A stretch of 64,000 nt of DNA from Octopus sinensis (taxonomy: Eukaryota). The stretch is from NCBI RefSeq assembly GCF_006345805.1, contig NC_042997.1, positions 191,580,001-191,644,000 of the forward strand, given 5' to 3'. The notes under the pieces were generated by a model. The model made no database searches. It was not told the DNA's origin and saw nothing but the letters and a program-made list of their open reading frames with translations. Both the position numbers and the translations under genes were made by a program. Below are positions 11,540-25,706 of the stretch, in pieces; the first letter of the stretch is position 1; every line of letters starts with the position of its first letter.

Positions 11540-11790
11540 GATGTTGTAGTAGTTGCTTAGCTCCAAGTCAGTCTGAACTGAGCAAACTTATAATCAAAAG
11601 CATTCCAACCATAACTATCAGGATTTTTTTTCTTTTTTTATTGTTTTGCTTTCACAGCAGACAAAGCGTATCTAAGACTACATTAACCAATGTCCTTCAT
11701 TTTTATTTATCTATTTACTTATTTATGTTGAAAATAGTGTGTGATTTGAGAGAAATCTGACCACTACTTCCGGTAGCCTTGTAAAAGCTT
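11540..11790. repeat. Old interspersed repeat family; other copies near 900, 14020, 16200, 17070, 25900, 29710, 37060, 51980, 54010, 60780
   Basis: Shared ttagctccaggtcagcYctgat..gcagac..atcaaaagcattccaaccat..gtgtgatttgag motifs. Confidence 0.6.
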
Positions 11791-12419
11791 CATCTCTGGC
11801 ACAAATAATGATTGCAGAGGTGGGTGAGGGACAACATAAGTATAGACAAGAAAGAGATGGAGTGAGAGTGTATCTCAGAGACAGAGAAGAGATGGTGTGT
11901 ACAAGTATACAAGATCTGTACATTAGATGGTGCATTCTCCAAGAGTAAAAACCAAAGTTTTGACACCGATGAAGCCGACCACATTTTACTACACCACAAT
12001 GGAAAGCTTTCTAAATAGGTTTGGAGGTCCCTAAAACTGCTAATAATAAAGCCCTGGCTTTAAAAATCCTTGCTGCTATAAGCACAAGGCCTGAAATTTG
12101 GGGGAAAGGGGGCTAGTTGATTGCATCAGCCCCAGTGTTCAACTGGTACTTATTGACTTCAAAAAGATGAAAGGCAAAGTCAACTATGGCAGGATTTGAA
12201 CTCAGAATGTTAAGCTGGAAGAAATGTCACAAAGCATTTTGTCCAGTGTTCTAACAATTCTGCCAGCTCATCGCCCTATCCCTGGCTATAATAATGGCAT
12301 AAGCTTCAACAAGTGGGAAAAAGTTTTGAGATAAGAAGATATGTCAGGGCATATCTTTATGCTACAGTAAGGTGAATATAAGTAGTACAAAGGATTGAGT
12401 GGGTAGGATATGTCTTTTA

Positions 12420-12815
12420 TTCTCTTTTCTCTTTTACTTGTTTCAGTCATTTGATTGTGGCCATGCTGGAGTACCACTTTTAGTCAAGCAAATCGACCCC
12501 AGGACTTATTCTTTGTAAGCCTAGGACTTATTCTATCGGTCTCTTCTGCCGAACCGCTAAGTTACAGGGACGTAAATATACCAGCATCGGTTGTCAAGCG
12601 ATGTTTAGGGGACAAACACAGACACACATACATATAATATATATATGTATATACAATGGGTTTCTTTCAGTTTCTGTCTACCAAATCCACTCACAAGGCT
12701 TTGGTCAGCCCAAGACTATAGTAGAAGACACTTGCTCAAGGTGCCACGCAGAGAGACTGAACCCAGAACCATGTGGTTCGTAAGCAAGCTGCTTACCACA
12801 CAGCCACTCCTATGT
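12420..12815 (-). mobile_element. SINE family A, full length; an older copy follows at 12815-13150
   Basis: Reverse complement of the 9595 copy. Confidence 0.92.
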
Positions 12816-15779
12816 TTACTTTTTCAGTCATTGGACTGTGGCCAGGCTGGGACACAATTTTGAAGGGTTTTAGCTGAACAAATCCACCCCAATCCCATAT
12901 TTGGTGGGGATATTTTGCTATTCAACACTGGTTGTCAAGGAATGGATGGCAAACGCAGACACTAAGACATAACGGACAGTCATATGAATATACACACTCA
13001 CACACACAACAGGTTTCTACAGAAGTTTACATCTATCAAATTCACTCACAAGGCATTGGCTCGTCCAAAGTTATAGCAGAAGATACATGCTCGAAGTGTC
13101 ATGCAGTGGGACTGAACCTGAAACCATGTGGTTGCAAAGCATGCCTGTGCTGACATATTAAAACAAACTTCCAATTTCCAAAGTTGATCAGTGTGACAAA
13201 AAAATAATCTACAGATGAATAATCTCAAATATTTAAATATCTACATTCTGTGAACTGTGTTTGCTGGGAAAAAGAGGCTCTGGAAAAAATTTCAAAAATA
13301 ATTTTAAGAAAGAAGGAACAAACAAAATGACTGCTATAGCAGTTCTGGATGGTGAGAAGAGAGAATAAGTTCATACATGTATGGTTTGTGGGAAGATGGT
13401 ATAGAGTAAGAAATCATCTATATTATACTTGTAATAATGAAACACAGTGTGCTGGTGGTGGTGGTGGTGGGTTAGAGATAGTACATCAATGAAGACTTGT
13501 AGAAACAATTTAGTAAGCTTTATACATTCAGTTGCAATTATATCCATCAACATGAATAAAAAGCAATAATTTAAAGCATTAACGAAACTATTCTCTTGGT
13601 AAACCTGTACACGTACCAGCCACCTAGCCAGTCAGCCAACCAGAATGGGATTTACAGATTTCTGATAAATGAAAATAGAGTAATTAGAGAGAGAGCATCT
13701 TAGTGTTTTACATAGACATTTACAGAGTAATTACACAAACATTTGAAGAGCTGACATTAAACATTTTCTTCTGTTTGACAACAATGTGTGTGTAGTTGCA
13801 TGTAAAATTATCTGTCACAAGTTTGTTAAATCTTATTTTGAGCTGCCTTTGAAGAAATATTGATTTCTAATAGTGTTAAGGCAACTTAAAACAGAATCAA
13901 TGTTTATTCAGGTATTCTGCAAGATAGTGAAGTATGCAAATAATCCATGTTTGTTTAACATTTACCAACAACAAACAACAAGAACTAAAATGAACCAACA
14001 AAGAAGTCTTTACAAGGGTGCTTGACCTGCTTGAAATAGCAGTCAAATCTTGTTCGAATCACATCCTGTACTCTTGAAAAGAGCACTGTAAACAGTGTAG
14101 GCCTAGATATATGGAAATCCAGGATGGTCAAGTCAACAATGCTTTCAATCAGAGCTGAATTGAAAACAGATAACAATACAAAGCGGTAAAGATTAACCAA
14201 AGATTAGCTTCCCTTGATCCTTATGTAACAGGATTTTTTAAAAAATTGACAACAGCCTATTACAGAGTTGAATTAGACAAAACAAGAAGAAGTGGGTAAA
14301 GGGAAGAGCAGGATTCACTACACCAGGATTACCAATAATGTTCTGCAACTTTGGCGGAGCCTCAACAAGACTGCAGTCCAACAACTGAAACCAGTAAAAG
14401 TTAAGAAATATATTATTGTCTGTGGTCAGGGCTGTGCCGGCTCTTAAGGCTACAATCCCACAAAGGAGCAAAACATCATTGATGAAGTTTCTTCATTAGA
14501 TTTGGTGAAGGGCATAGAGCGTCTCCCGCTACCAAATCATTCTTGATTACAAGAGACATCCAAGAACTTGCATCAGTGTATTATACTTTTATCTGTATGG
14601 TCAATGACCACAGAAACATATTGAATAGATTTTATCCGCAATAAAACCGTTCATTATTATTGACTTGATCTGTTTGTGATTGGTTTCTCACAAGTTGATT
14701 TGGCAATTATAGTATTGCATAGCATTGCTTCAGTCAATCTGATATGACAAGAGACTGTGATTAAATTCCCAGTCAAACACTACCTCTCCAGTAGCTTTCA
14801 TTTGTTTGTTTCAAGTAATTTAAACAAGCCTTTTCTCACAAAAGTCCTACTTGGTTTTGCAAGTAGTTGAGAACAGTATTGACACAGCAATCTCCAATTA
14901 CACTGCTGTACAAGGTTTTATTCAGTATGTGTGAATAATTCCATTTTCACTCAGCCTTTCACATCCCATTAATACTAAGAGTACTTAGCTATGCTTGCTC
15001 TGTATATCTGATGATCTACATGACCAGTTTTATTGTGTGTGTGTGTGTGTGTGTGTGTAGGTTAACCTTGTGTAACTCACATTAATTATGTAATGACTAC
15101 TAGTAAAACATTAAAGATGCCTTCTTGTTATGACCGCATACCTGCATATAATTTCCTTTTGTAATATCATAATTCAATTTTTAAATTCCATTTGAAGAAT
15201 CTCTCTCTCTCTCTCTCTCACACAAGTTACTTTCTCTTATCTACATTACCTACAGGATTTTAATATCAGATTACTAATGAAATTATTAGTTGAGTAAAAT
15301 CATTTTTTCGAAAGAATGCTACTTCAAAACAAAAAGAAAACTAAAAACGTAAGAAATCCTCTCCCTCCACCCACCTCAGATAAGTACAAGAAGCCCCACT
15401 TCTCAAAACAGCTAATACTATAGACAATAATACTTAGAGCTAATACATTCAACAGAAAGAAGGTGGGGAGGAGGCATAATATGATGTAAATATCCAACCT
15501 TTGTGGAGTCATAGACAAGAAAATAAGGTGCCAATCTCCTGATTGAAGAGTCAAGAGCTTCTATGCAATTACTGGCAAGGTGTTGCATACCACCTGACAA
15601 ATTAGCACACTTATTTGTCTTCATTATTTAAAGCAGTGAACAGCATAGTAGAATAATGGATAGCGTTTACATTCTGAGTTCAAAACTCGCCAAAGTTGAC
15701 ACTACTTTCATCATTCCAAGGTCAATAAGTACTGTTCAAATCCTAGATTTGATGTAATTCATCTGGCATTCGTTAAAAA

Positions 15780-15985
15780 AGAGCTGGCAGAATCGTTAGT
15801 GTACCAGGCGAAATGCTTAGCAGTATTTCACCCGTTATGTTCTGAGTTCAAATTCTGCCAAGGTCAACTTTGCTTTTCATCCTTTCAGGGTCAATAAAAT
15901 AAGTACCAGTTACATGCTGGAGTCAAAACTGATCGACTGGCCCCTTCCCTCAAAATTTCAGGCTTTGTGTCTATAGTAGAAAGGA
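15780..15985 (+). mobile_element. SINE family B variant; similar copies at 17917-18130 (+) and 1225-1400, 12080-12277, 21050-21240, 34000-34175 (-)
   Basis: gagctggcagaatcgttag head, gagttcaaattc B-box, cctttcaggggtcRataaaataagtacc block. Confidence 0.8.
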
Positions 15986-17298
15986 CTGTTTATTTATTTA
16001 TTTAGTTAGTAGACAGGGAGCCACACCCATGACCTTTGCAAGCTGGTGAGTGAGAACTAAGTCGTTTACATTAATTTGTACATTTGATTACTGTTGGGAA
16101 AACCTAGGCAGGGAAAGTGTTACAGAGTACTGTGGTTCATAGTAGAAAGAATACACAAAGTATTGGGGGGGGGTAAGTGAGGAAGAGAAGCATTTAGGAA
16201 GTTGTTTTGCCGCAAGTTGGCCCAGATCTATTATATCTATGATCATAGACATTCCAACCATGGCTATCCTGTTTTTTTTTTTAGGCATATGTCTTTAGGA
16301 CAACAGAAAGATTTGACTGCTATTTCTAGCAGGTTTATTGAACATGTAGAAGTTCTTTGACTTGAGAAAACAGACAGCTAATTCAGAGAAACAGAGATTA
16401 GAAAATATATGTCAGTTAGTGATTTTTATGTAACCCCCATCCTTTAACACACACACACACACACACACACACCAATAGTGTGCTTGTAGCTATAGACTGC
16501 ATTGGTGTGGTGAGTCTTTTGCCAATCTGGTTAGACAGCATTTCCAGGAGAGGGGGATGCAGACTAAGATATTTGTATCAATGGCAACAGCACCAAGTGA
16601 CAAAGTAATCTAATTCAGGTAACACTAAAGTTAACTAAAGTACTGTCTTGTCCTGCAATGTCCATTTAAGTATTACATAAAAAGCAAGAGAACAACTTAG
16701 GAGGGGGTGGAGTAATTCAGTAGATTACCGTGCAAAAGTTAAATACTTTCACACAATTATTGAGTATCTTTACATTTTACTTTAAATAGCCAGCTAAAAT
16801 TATGCAACAAAGGTTGAGAAAAGGTGACAGTTTGAATTTCATAACAGATATTACAGGAAAAATGTAAATTTAGAAGCTTTTCATTGAGTATTAAAATCAC
16901 ATAGTAAACCTACTAAATAAGGAGCGTCTAGATCAATTCCTAAAAAATATTTAATTACAAAATACAGTGGGATTTTTTTTATATACATCGAATGACAATT
17001 GAGATCCAGTAGAGTAAAACAGGAATTAAAGGGGTTCATAGATAAAAATAGTTGAGAACCACTGCTCTATATAGTCATTTGACCTGTTAGAAATAAGTCA
17101 AATTTTCACAAATTACACCCTACAACCTTACAAAAGTAAGGATACACCAGACAATGTAGTCTTAAATATACAAGACAGGATGGTTACAGACTGAATGTCT
17201 TTGATTGTAGGTCTGCTCATTCATTGCCTGAGATTCAACAACCATGTAGTAAAATATGATAGCAATGATTAAGCTAGTCATAAACTTTTAAGAGTAAT

Positions 17299-17903
17299 GT
17301 TAGTTAGTTAGTTAGTTAATTTTTTGGCTCAAAAGCAAAAAGCAAGGCCATGTAGGGGGACATGGAGTTAAGTACAGGGTGGTGTTCATGTAAAGAGTTC
17401 AGGCCACTTGAGGTCAAGGGAGACTTTGAACAAAGCGGTCGTCGGCATCTTCACCATCTCGTCTGGCAGCTTGTTCCACGGATCCGCAACCCGGACGGAG
17501 AAAGCTCCTCTCTTTCGATTGAGATGAAATCGTTGCAGGTAGAGCTTTTCGGAATGACCCCGCAGCCGACGCTCTGGAGCAGGAGTGAAGAACAGCTCCT
17601 TCGAGAGGTTACACTTTCCGCTTATGATGTTGTGAGCGAGAATGAAATCACCACGGCGGCGGCGTTTTTCTAGAGAATAAAGGTTGAGCATCTTCAGCCT
17701 TTCTTCATAAGACAAATTCTTGAGACCATGAACCATGCGGGTAGCCAGCTTCTGGACTCTTTCGAGATGCTGTATGTCTTTGAGGAGATAAGGAGAAGAG
17801 GCTTGAATCCCGTACTCCAATATGGGTCTCACCAGCGTGACATAGAGCGGTAGGAATATGGCTGCTGTGAGCATTCCGAATGACCGTTGAATCAAGAACA
17901 GAA
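17299..17903 (-). mobile_element. CR1-clade LINE, 5'-truncated, open ORF2 C-terminus (17386-17895)
   Basis: LYVTLVRPILEY, LERVQKLATRMV, LSYEERL, RRRRGD, RGHSEKL, FSVRVADPWNKLP motifs; short 3' UTR with (TAAC)n tail. Confidence 0.93.
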
Positions 17904-18754
17904 TAGTTATTATTATGGGGAGTTGGCAGAATCGTTACCATGCTGGACAAAATGGTTAGCGGCATTTCGCTTGTCTTTATGTTCTGGGTTCAGATTCTGC
18001 TGTGGTCAACTATGCCTTTCATCCTTTCAGGGTTGATAAATTAAGTACCAGTCAAGTACTGAGGTTAACGTGATCGACTATCCCTGCTCCCCACAAATTC
18101 CAGGCCTTGTGCCTATAGCAAAAAGGATTATTATTATTACTACTAATAAAATTTAAGAATGAAGCCAATATTGATGATTTAATCCAGAACTTTTCAACGA
18201 GTAAAGGAGTTTGCTTAAAACAATCATAAATTTCAACCTAGAAATGTTGGTTTATGTTTCTATTTAACAAAGTACAGAGATGACAATACATTGGAAATAA
18301 AAGTGATAAAAGAGTATCATCTGTAGAGAATATTAACTAAAATAGATACAACCAGATCACCTCCCTTCAACTTCAAACTCTATAGTTATGTATAATTAGT
18401 AGAGTAGGTAACATTCAAGACAGCAAATTGGTAAGTATGGCATGAATTTGCAGGACCATAAGAAGCATGTTGATACATTGAAACATTAACACAAAGTATT
18501 TTCATTTAAGAAAAGGAAAATTTGCTTAAACCTTTTATAAAATCTAACTAAATGTTCCTCTTTATTACGAATTCCAATGATATCAGTCAACTAAAATCGG
18601 TCTTTATAATAAGGTCGGCAAGATGGCACTAAATATACACTTCCAATGCATGATGTTTAGTCAAACAGAATTGATTTTTGCTTCTTCACAAAAGTTCAAA
18701 ATAAATAGCATGATGATGATGATCGACTTCACCATTTTTAACATTCATCTTCCA

Positions 18755-19256
18755 ATGACCGAGACCTCTGGAGATATGCTGTGACTGTGAAGACCCAACA
18801 AATAAAGTGAGTTCATGGCTCATAGGACGGTCTGCTGTGCTTACCTTGGATCGTAGGGTGACCTGCTGTGCTTGAGGAAACCTACTGAGTCAAGTACATC
18901 AATATCAAAATAAAAATCAAATGGAAATTGTAGTTGTGATACCCATGCCAATGGGACGCAAAAAACACCATCAAATGTGGCCGATGCCAGCGATGCCTTG
19001 ACTGGCGTCCATGCCGGTGGCACGTAAAAAGCACCAACCAATCGTGGCCGAATGCCAGCCTCCTCTGGCCCCTGTGCCGGTGGCATGTAAAAAGCACCCA
19101 CTACACTCACGGAGTGGTTGGCATTAGGAAGGGCATCCAGCTGTAGAAACACTGCCAGATCAGACTGGAGCCTGGTGCAGCCTCCTGGCTTCCCAGACCC
19201 TGGTCGAACCATCCAACCCATGCTAGCATGGAAAACAGACGTTAAACGATGATGAT
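18755..19256 (+). mobile_element. RTE LINE 3' end (last ORF codons plus UTR array)
   Basis: gaccgagacctctggagatatgctgtg encodes DRDLWRYAV; repeat units; gatgatgat tail. Confidence 0.85.
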
Positions 19257-19656
19257 CTTTCATGCTGGGACATGGGTTAGATGGTTTGACAGTTTCCCAG
19301 AGAAGAGGACTGTCATGTTCCAATGTCTGCCTTGGCATGGATTTCTATAGCTTGATGCCTTTCCTAAGGTTAGCCCCTTTACAGAAAGTATTAGATACTT
19401 TTTCATGACACAAGTACTAGAGAAGTTGTTATGTAGCTTACAAGACTATGATCTCTCTGGACTGTGTAAGATTACAATAGAAAGGGTGGTTATACACACA
19501 AACACACACACACATAACACACATGCATACATATATAAACATACATACACATATATACCTAGCCCACTGCTGTTAAACAGAAGTAGATTTAGCCATATAA
19601 GTTATAAAACCAAGTTTTCATGCACAGAACTGAGACACAGAATTATGCTTTATTAA

Positions 19657-19867
19657 CCCTTTCATTATGTTGAAATGCTCCGTGTTTCTTTCAATTACTA
19701 TTAATATAAAAAAGAATTTAGTAAAATAACTTAGTTATCATTAAGCTAGTGTTAGGAGCATAAATTGTGACTAAGGTTTAGTGGAAGATTTTAATTCAGA
19801 ACTTATGAAAACAAGATATTTGTACTCAGAGCCAGAGCCGGTTTCAGCCGGGTTGGTAACGAAAGAA
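19657..19867. mobile_element. piggyBac-type MITE family 1
   Basis: TTAA|CCCTTTC ... GAAAGAA|TTAA; inverse homolog of 43834-44055. Confidence 0.8.
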
Positions 19868-21984
19868 TTAAAGACCTGTTCATATTATACCAGCAAAGAA
19901 AAAACAGATGATGTGATGTTGATGAAAGAAGTAATAATATTTCAGATATTTCATGAAATTTCTTGGAGAATATAGACAAATACTTCTCCAGCTGAATTCC
20001 TTCACATTAACTTGTCAGCTCTTAAAATCTCTCTTTCTACCCATAGCAACAGGATGTTATTGAGCTTAATATCCTCAGGAAGGAAACAATACCAACCAAA
20101 ATTTTAAAAGTGAAAAAAAAATCTCCTTCAAATTTCCCTTCATCTTATATTTTTGTTTACTAATTTATTAACGCTAATGAATTAAAAAGAGTTTTCAATG
20201 ATACTACAAAAGAATCGCACAATTGGTGTCAGATGTACTTTCAATTAAATTAATCAACCTGACAAAAATTATCTCTTTCTCCAATGTAATGGGCGAAATT
20301 CTTTCTTGATTATTCTTTTCACAATAAAGAGAAGAGGATATTTTTCAACCATGATAATGGCTTTAAGATCATTTCTGTCAAATATCCAATGGAAAAAAAA
20401 AATGAGGGTTAGGAATAAGATAGTTTTTAATTACTACTCGAGTTCCATACAACAGCAGTTCAGGAAAAAAAAACATTAAATTGCTTTGCCAATTATAGCT
20501 ACTGATATATAACCTTTCCTTTTCATGATTAACTCTTTTGATATCAACCTATCCCAAACCACCCCTAGTTCTGTGATACAAACATCCTGTTTCAAAGTGA
20601 TCTAAATTAAAACCTTCTGCCAAAATTTCATAATTTATGTTCTAAGAAATCATTTATTTGCGAGTTATTTTACTAAATTCTTCCACATTTTCAAAATTAT
20701 CGAAACTAAGGCAATGTATTTCTATAATAACATAGTAAAAGGATTGAAGTACTAAGAATAAAATTTTAGTGAACTTAATATGAAAGTTTACATTAAATGA
20801 AACAATTATACTATAGAAGATTGAAAAGTTTATCCCCAACAAAATTTATTAAAGAAACATCATACTTATAAAATAGAGATAAAATCAAAAGTCTTAACAC
20901 AAAATATAGAGTTTACAAACAAAATTGCTTCCGCCAGATCCTGCTTCATAGATGTCGTTAAATCGGATCTGATTATTTTCAGTACAGAAAACAGTTAAAT
21001 TAGTATTTGTGAAGTTGGAAATATTAATGCATTATATTTCCTTTCAATTTTGATATAAGGCCAGCAGCTTTTGAGAGGAGGAGGTGAGTCAATTCCACTG
21101 ACCCAAGTGCTCAACTAGCACTTTTAGAATGAAAACCAAAGTCAATCTCATCAGAATTTAAACTCAGAACATAAAGCGCCAAAAGAAATGCTGCAAAACA
21201 TTTTGTCTGATGCACTAATGATTCTGCCAGCTTGCCACTTTAAAGCATTATATTACAATTTACATTTGGTTGGAGTCATTGCATTTTTACTGACACTAGC
21301 TCCAGTAACCTAATCATTACTTCTGACTGACTCCACAGACCCGCCTCTAAGTATTAACTCAAGAATACCAAAAAGTAATAAGATCTGGTGTTGTTGCTTC
21401 CAAAAATTACCAATTTGACATAAATGGATTAGAGTCATCTACATCATCATCATTTCAGTATAGAGTGCATAGATTTGTAATACATCTACCTAACTGACTC
21501 AAGTCTAAGTTACTTTCTATATTTGTCCCAACAATTTGAGAAAAGTGCTTTTTCAACATACTATAATTTCAACGTACTATAATTTATTCACACTTGATTT
21601 ATAAACTGTTTGCCTCTTTCTCCCTCTTAACCTAAAACAACAATTGTTAAACTGGACACTTTAGTACTGAGAAGAGGAGTTCAATTACAATTTAATAAAA
21701 ACTAAAATTTTATCGGTCTCTTCAAATTCTTTATAAATAGCTCATCATCAGATAAAAACAAATGATCAACTATTCTGATACCAATCTGCCTTGTTACTGC
21801 ACCTGATTTGATTATATGAAACCCATTTTAAAGGATTTACATTTTATATTTAAATTAAAACCTAACACAGGCATTGCTGTGTGGTTAAAAAAGTTCACTT
21901 TACAGCAATGTGGCTCCAGGTTCAGTCCCACTGCACAGCATCTGGAGCAAGTATCTTCTGCTATAGCTCCAGGCTGACCAATTA

Positions 21985-22360
21985 CTGGCATCAATGCACA
22001 CATGAATGGTGCTTATTGCGTGCCACCAGCATGGGAGCCAGTCAGGTGGCACTGGCATCATCCACAACTACAATTTCCATTTTGGTTTCTATTTGATTGA
22101 GATTTTGATTTTACTTGACTCAATAGGTCTCCTCAAGCACGGCATGTTGCCTGACGATTCAAAAGGTACTTTTTAAATGGGCTGGTTATGCGACACTGGT
22201 ATAGGCAATGGCTGGGATCTCACTTTACTTGCCGGGTCTTCTCAACCACAGCATATCTCCAGAGGTCCCAGTCTCTTGCCATTGCCTCTGTGAGGCCCAA
22301 CGTTTGAAGGTCATGCTTCTCCACCTCATCCCATACCTTCCATGGGTTCCTTCCATTGTT
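21985..22360 (-). mobile_element. RTE LINE ORF C-terminus and proximal 3' UTR
   Basis: Minus strand reads WDEVEKHDLQTLGLTEAMARDWDLWRYAVVEKTRQVK*, a typical RTE C-terminus. Confidence 0.85.
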
Positions 22361-22619
22361 AGTGCTTTAGAATAAAATATCAGGTTTAAAAAACAATAAG
22401 TACAGGAGTTGATTTGTTTAACTAAACCTAGATTCATGGTTGCAATTCAATGATTGAAACAAATACTACAGTTAGTTATATTTCAAACATCTGATTAATA
22501 ATGAAACGCTAAGTTATTCTACTAAATTCCTCTGAATTCTAGATTAATTTTCAAAACGTATTGAAATGCATAGATATTGAATTCTGCTGGGAATATGGCT
22601 GCAAAGAGGTTAATCATTA

Positions 22620-23040
22620 GGAATCAGAGAAATTAATGAGAGAATGGAGGTCTGTTGGGAAAGATCTCAACACTGAATCAAATTTAGATCAAACACCGAC
22701 ATTCGGGAATAACTGTTGCTACCAGTAACAAGAACAAAGTCTATTTTAATGCGACACTCATCCACAAATATTGACATTGACCGCAACCAGAAGTAGCGGT
22801 TGTATTAGATTCTAGATATTTACCTGGACAAAGCCTTCAGTCGAATCAATTATATATAGATGAGCAAGAAATACTGGTCCAAATCATATAAGCGATCCTG
22901 ATATTTTTAGATGGGAAATTAACAAAACGACTGATTGTAACTTGGCTACTGGAATGCTGCAGTGTCTACCTCAAGAAAGAAATTCTAAGAATTCTACTGA
23001 AGACATTTTTACAATACACAAACTAAATTGTAGAAGTGAA
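22620..23040 (+). pseudogene. Highly decayed LINE (RTE-like) endonuclease relic, possibly continuing at 23940-24170
   Basis: Frameshifted GKDLN, FTWTKP, NQLYI and TDCNL resemble the APE motifs GDFN, TW, QIDY and SDH. Confidence 0.35.
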
Positions 23041-23080
23041 GTGTGAGAGAGAGAAAGGGAGTTTTATATATATATATATA

Positions 23081-23452
23081 CTAGCAGTATCGCCCGGCGT
23101 TGCTCAGGTTTGTAAGGGAAATAACTATAAAGCATTTTTAGAGAGTTATAGCCAAAAAATAGGAAAAAAATGGGAAAAAAATGATGGTAAATTTTTTTGA
23201 GAGTTAAAAAAGGTGGAGTTGCGTCCCCTAGACGGTCTGTGGTTTGGGTTTCTGATTCTCGACCCCATGTCGAATTTATCGATTTTTTTCAGAACTGGGG
23301 GAACTTTTCAAAATTTTCGCTGCGTTAGTTTTGAATTATGACATTGGGCTATGTGTGTGTCAAGTTTCATCAGAATCGGTTGAAAGTCGTGGTCAGAGTG
23401 AGGGTACGAGAAAACAGGCACACAGACAAACTGCCGTTTATATAGAGAGAGA
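23081..23452 (-). mobile_element. Non-autonomous Helitron
   Basis: Minus strand A|TCTCTCTCTATATAAA ... gcaacgccgggcgatactgCTAG|T with subterminal GC hairpin and no TSD. Confidence 0.85.
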
Positions 23453-23462
23453 TAATCATTTA

Positions 23463-23498
<36 letters not shown>

Positions 23499-23499
23499 C

Positions 23500-23916
23500 A
23501 TCAGCATCATCGTTTAACGTCCGTTTTCCATGCTAGCATGGGTTGGACGATTTTGACTGAGGGCTGGCGAACCAGATGGCTGCACTAGGCTCCAATCTTG
23601 ATCTGGCAGAGTTTCTACAGCTGGATTCTCTTCCTAACGCTAACCACTCCAAGAGTGTAGTGGGTGCTTTTTACGTGCCACCGGCACAGGGGCCGGTTAG
23701 GCAGTACTGACAATGACCTCGCTTGAATCTTTTTACACATGCCACCGGCACAGGTGCCAGTAAGGCGACGCCGATCACGCTCGAATGGTGCCCTTTTACG
23801 TGCCACCAACACAGAAGCCAGTTAGCCGCTCTGGCAACGATTACGCTCGGATGGTGCTCTTGGCACCCTACTAGCACGGGCACAAGTGCCAGTAAGGCGA
23901 CGCTGGTAATGATCAC
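23500..23916 (-). mobile_element. RTE LINE 3' UTR fragment (subfamily variant)
   Basis: catcatcgtttaacgtccgttttccatgc terminus; four to five units of about 60 bp. Confidence 0.8.
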
Positions 23917-24832
23917 ATATTCATTCTAAATTATTAATACAGAAGGCAGAGTGTACTGGAAGCTTTATTTAGGACAACGATCATTGCGGTTTATTTCTGC
24001 ACTGCTCCCTAGTGGGTGGGGAATGATATAATAGAATCGAATGCACCCCATGTTGCAGAAGAAACCTCCTCAAGCCACATAAAGCAGTTCAGTATTATAA
24101 GATGCACATTTCACAGATATGTGTGGCAAGAAGTTATTGGTATCATATGCGTTAGTAGTTCACCAAAAGATTAAAATACACACACACGTCATCATTTAAT
24201 GTCTACTTTCCACAATTGCACAGGTCAGGTTACTGCAAGTGGGATTGAACCTGAAACCATTTAGTTGCCAAATGAGTTTCTTAACAACATATTCATATGT
24301 GCATGTGGCACCGTCACTAGCAAAGTCTGCTTTGGCATGCTTTTCTGGCATCCTAGTGTGAGGTGAATGAGACAGAATAGGATAGAGGACCAGAAAAGCT
24401 AAGTGCACATTTTGCAAGCATGTGGTTCTAGGTTCAATCCCATTGCACAATACTTTTAGTGTTTTTTACTTTCACTTTGTGAGTGAATTTGGTTGATGGA
24501 AACTATGTGGAAGCCCGTTGTAAATGTGTGTATGTGCATGCGCGTGTATGCATGCACCTGTCCTTGTGGCTGTTTGTCATAGCCCTCACCACAACATGAC
24601 AACTGGTGTTGATTTATGTCCTCGTAACTTAGTGGTTCAGTAAACAAGACCAACAGAATAAGTGCCCGACTTAAAACCCATATCAATACTGGGATCAATT
24701 TGTCTGACCAAAATCCTTCAAGATCAGTGACTGAAACAAAAGACAAACAATAAGTTTCATACTTTGACATACTGCAACCTTAAGAACAACTGATCTTAAA
24801 TGTAGACATTTAAACATATCTATTTATTCCAT

Positions 24833-24902
24833 TCATCATCATTGTTCAACCGTGGTCGAGACAATGGAATTTACTATGCTACGCCAGACTTCACGGTCCA
24901 TA
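24833..24902 (-). mobile_element. Extreme 3' end of a second RTE family
   Basis: Minus strand DREVWRSIVNSIVSTTVEQ* followed directly by (TGA)n. Confidence 0.65.
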
Positions 24903-24920
24903 CTCTTGGAGATAATTAAA

Positions 24921-25141
24921 CCCTTTAGCGTTCACATTATACTTTCAAAAGTAATGTTTTTTTTTATTCACATGACTTTAATTAATCGTGCATTATCTTG
25001 TAGCTTTGAGATTTTGATGAGGTAACTTAAATTTTGAAATGATATTGTAGGGTAGGTGTGAGAGGCCACATCTGGCGAGATTGCACGTGAAACAGGGAGA
25101 ATATATGAGGGCCAGATGTTGCCAGTTTAAATACTAAAGGG
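24921..25141. mobile_element. piggyBac-type MITE family 2
   Basis: CCCTTTAG ... CTAAAGGG|TTAA; homologous to 52945-53164. Confidence 0.8.
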
Positions 25142-25493
25142 TTAAGGATACTGACAACAACGAGAATAGTGAAGTTATATGGGGATGTGGTGGAGACTGT
25201 GCTAATGAAATAATACTCAAAGTAATTACTGTTTAGTCATGCTTAGGACAATCCAATGATCTAGGAAACATGTAATCATAATCTATACTTTTCCTTAACA
25301 GCAATTAATTGATATATAACACTAATAATTAGTTGTAGCTGTATGAAAAGAACAGAATGAGCAAAGCACACACAAAGAAAAATTATGTCCAACATTAATC
25401 AATGACATTTCAACTTAATAATGTTCCCTTACTGAAAGATTGCAATTTCATTGTGAGTCAACTGTTGCAGAGAAACAAGGATTAATATTTTAA

Positions 25494-25706
25494 CCCTTTA
25501 ACATTTAAACCAGCCATATCCAGCCCATATATTCTGTTTTATGTTCACACTAGCAGGTCCAGTCTCTCACACCTACTCTAAAATGTCATTCTATAAATAA
25601 ACAATCATCATTAAAATCTCAAAGCTATGAAATAAGGCATGATTAATTCAAAACAATGTGAATAAATAAGCATTACATTTGCCAGAGTAATCTAAATGCT
25701 AATGGG
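25494..25706. mobile_element. piggyBac-type MITE family 2, inverted relative to the 24921 copy
   Basis: TTAA|CCCTTTAAC ... GCTAATGGG. Confidence 0.75.

Noticed and set aside
11078-11566. 162-aa His/Thr-rich ORF
   Set aside because: Translation of a (CA)n microsatellite.
14200-14600. Possible host exons here and at 29030-29620, 32030-32290 and 41016-41375
   Set aside because: No clean splice-bounded frame; only faint LINE RT or hAT-like fragments, too decayed to call.
23660-23916. Palindromic repeat units with spacers resembling a CRISPR array
   Set aside because: Spacers are homologous to one another, the array is part of an RTE 3' UTR, the context is eukaryotic and there are no cas genes.
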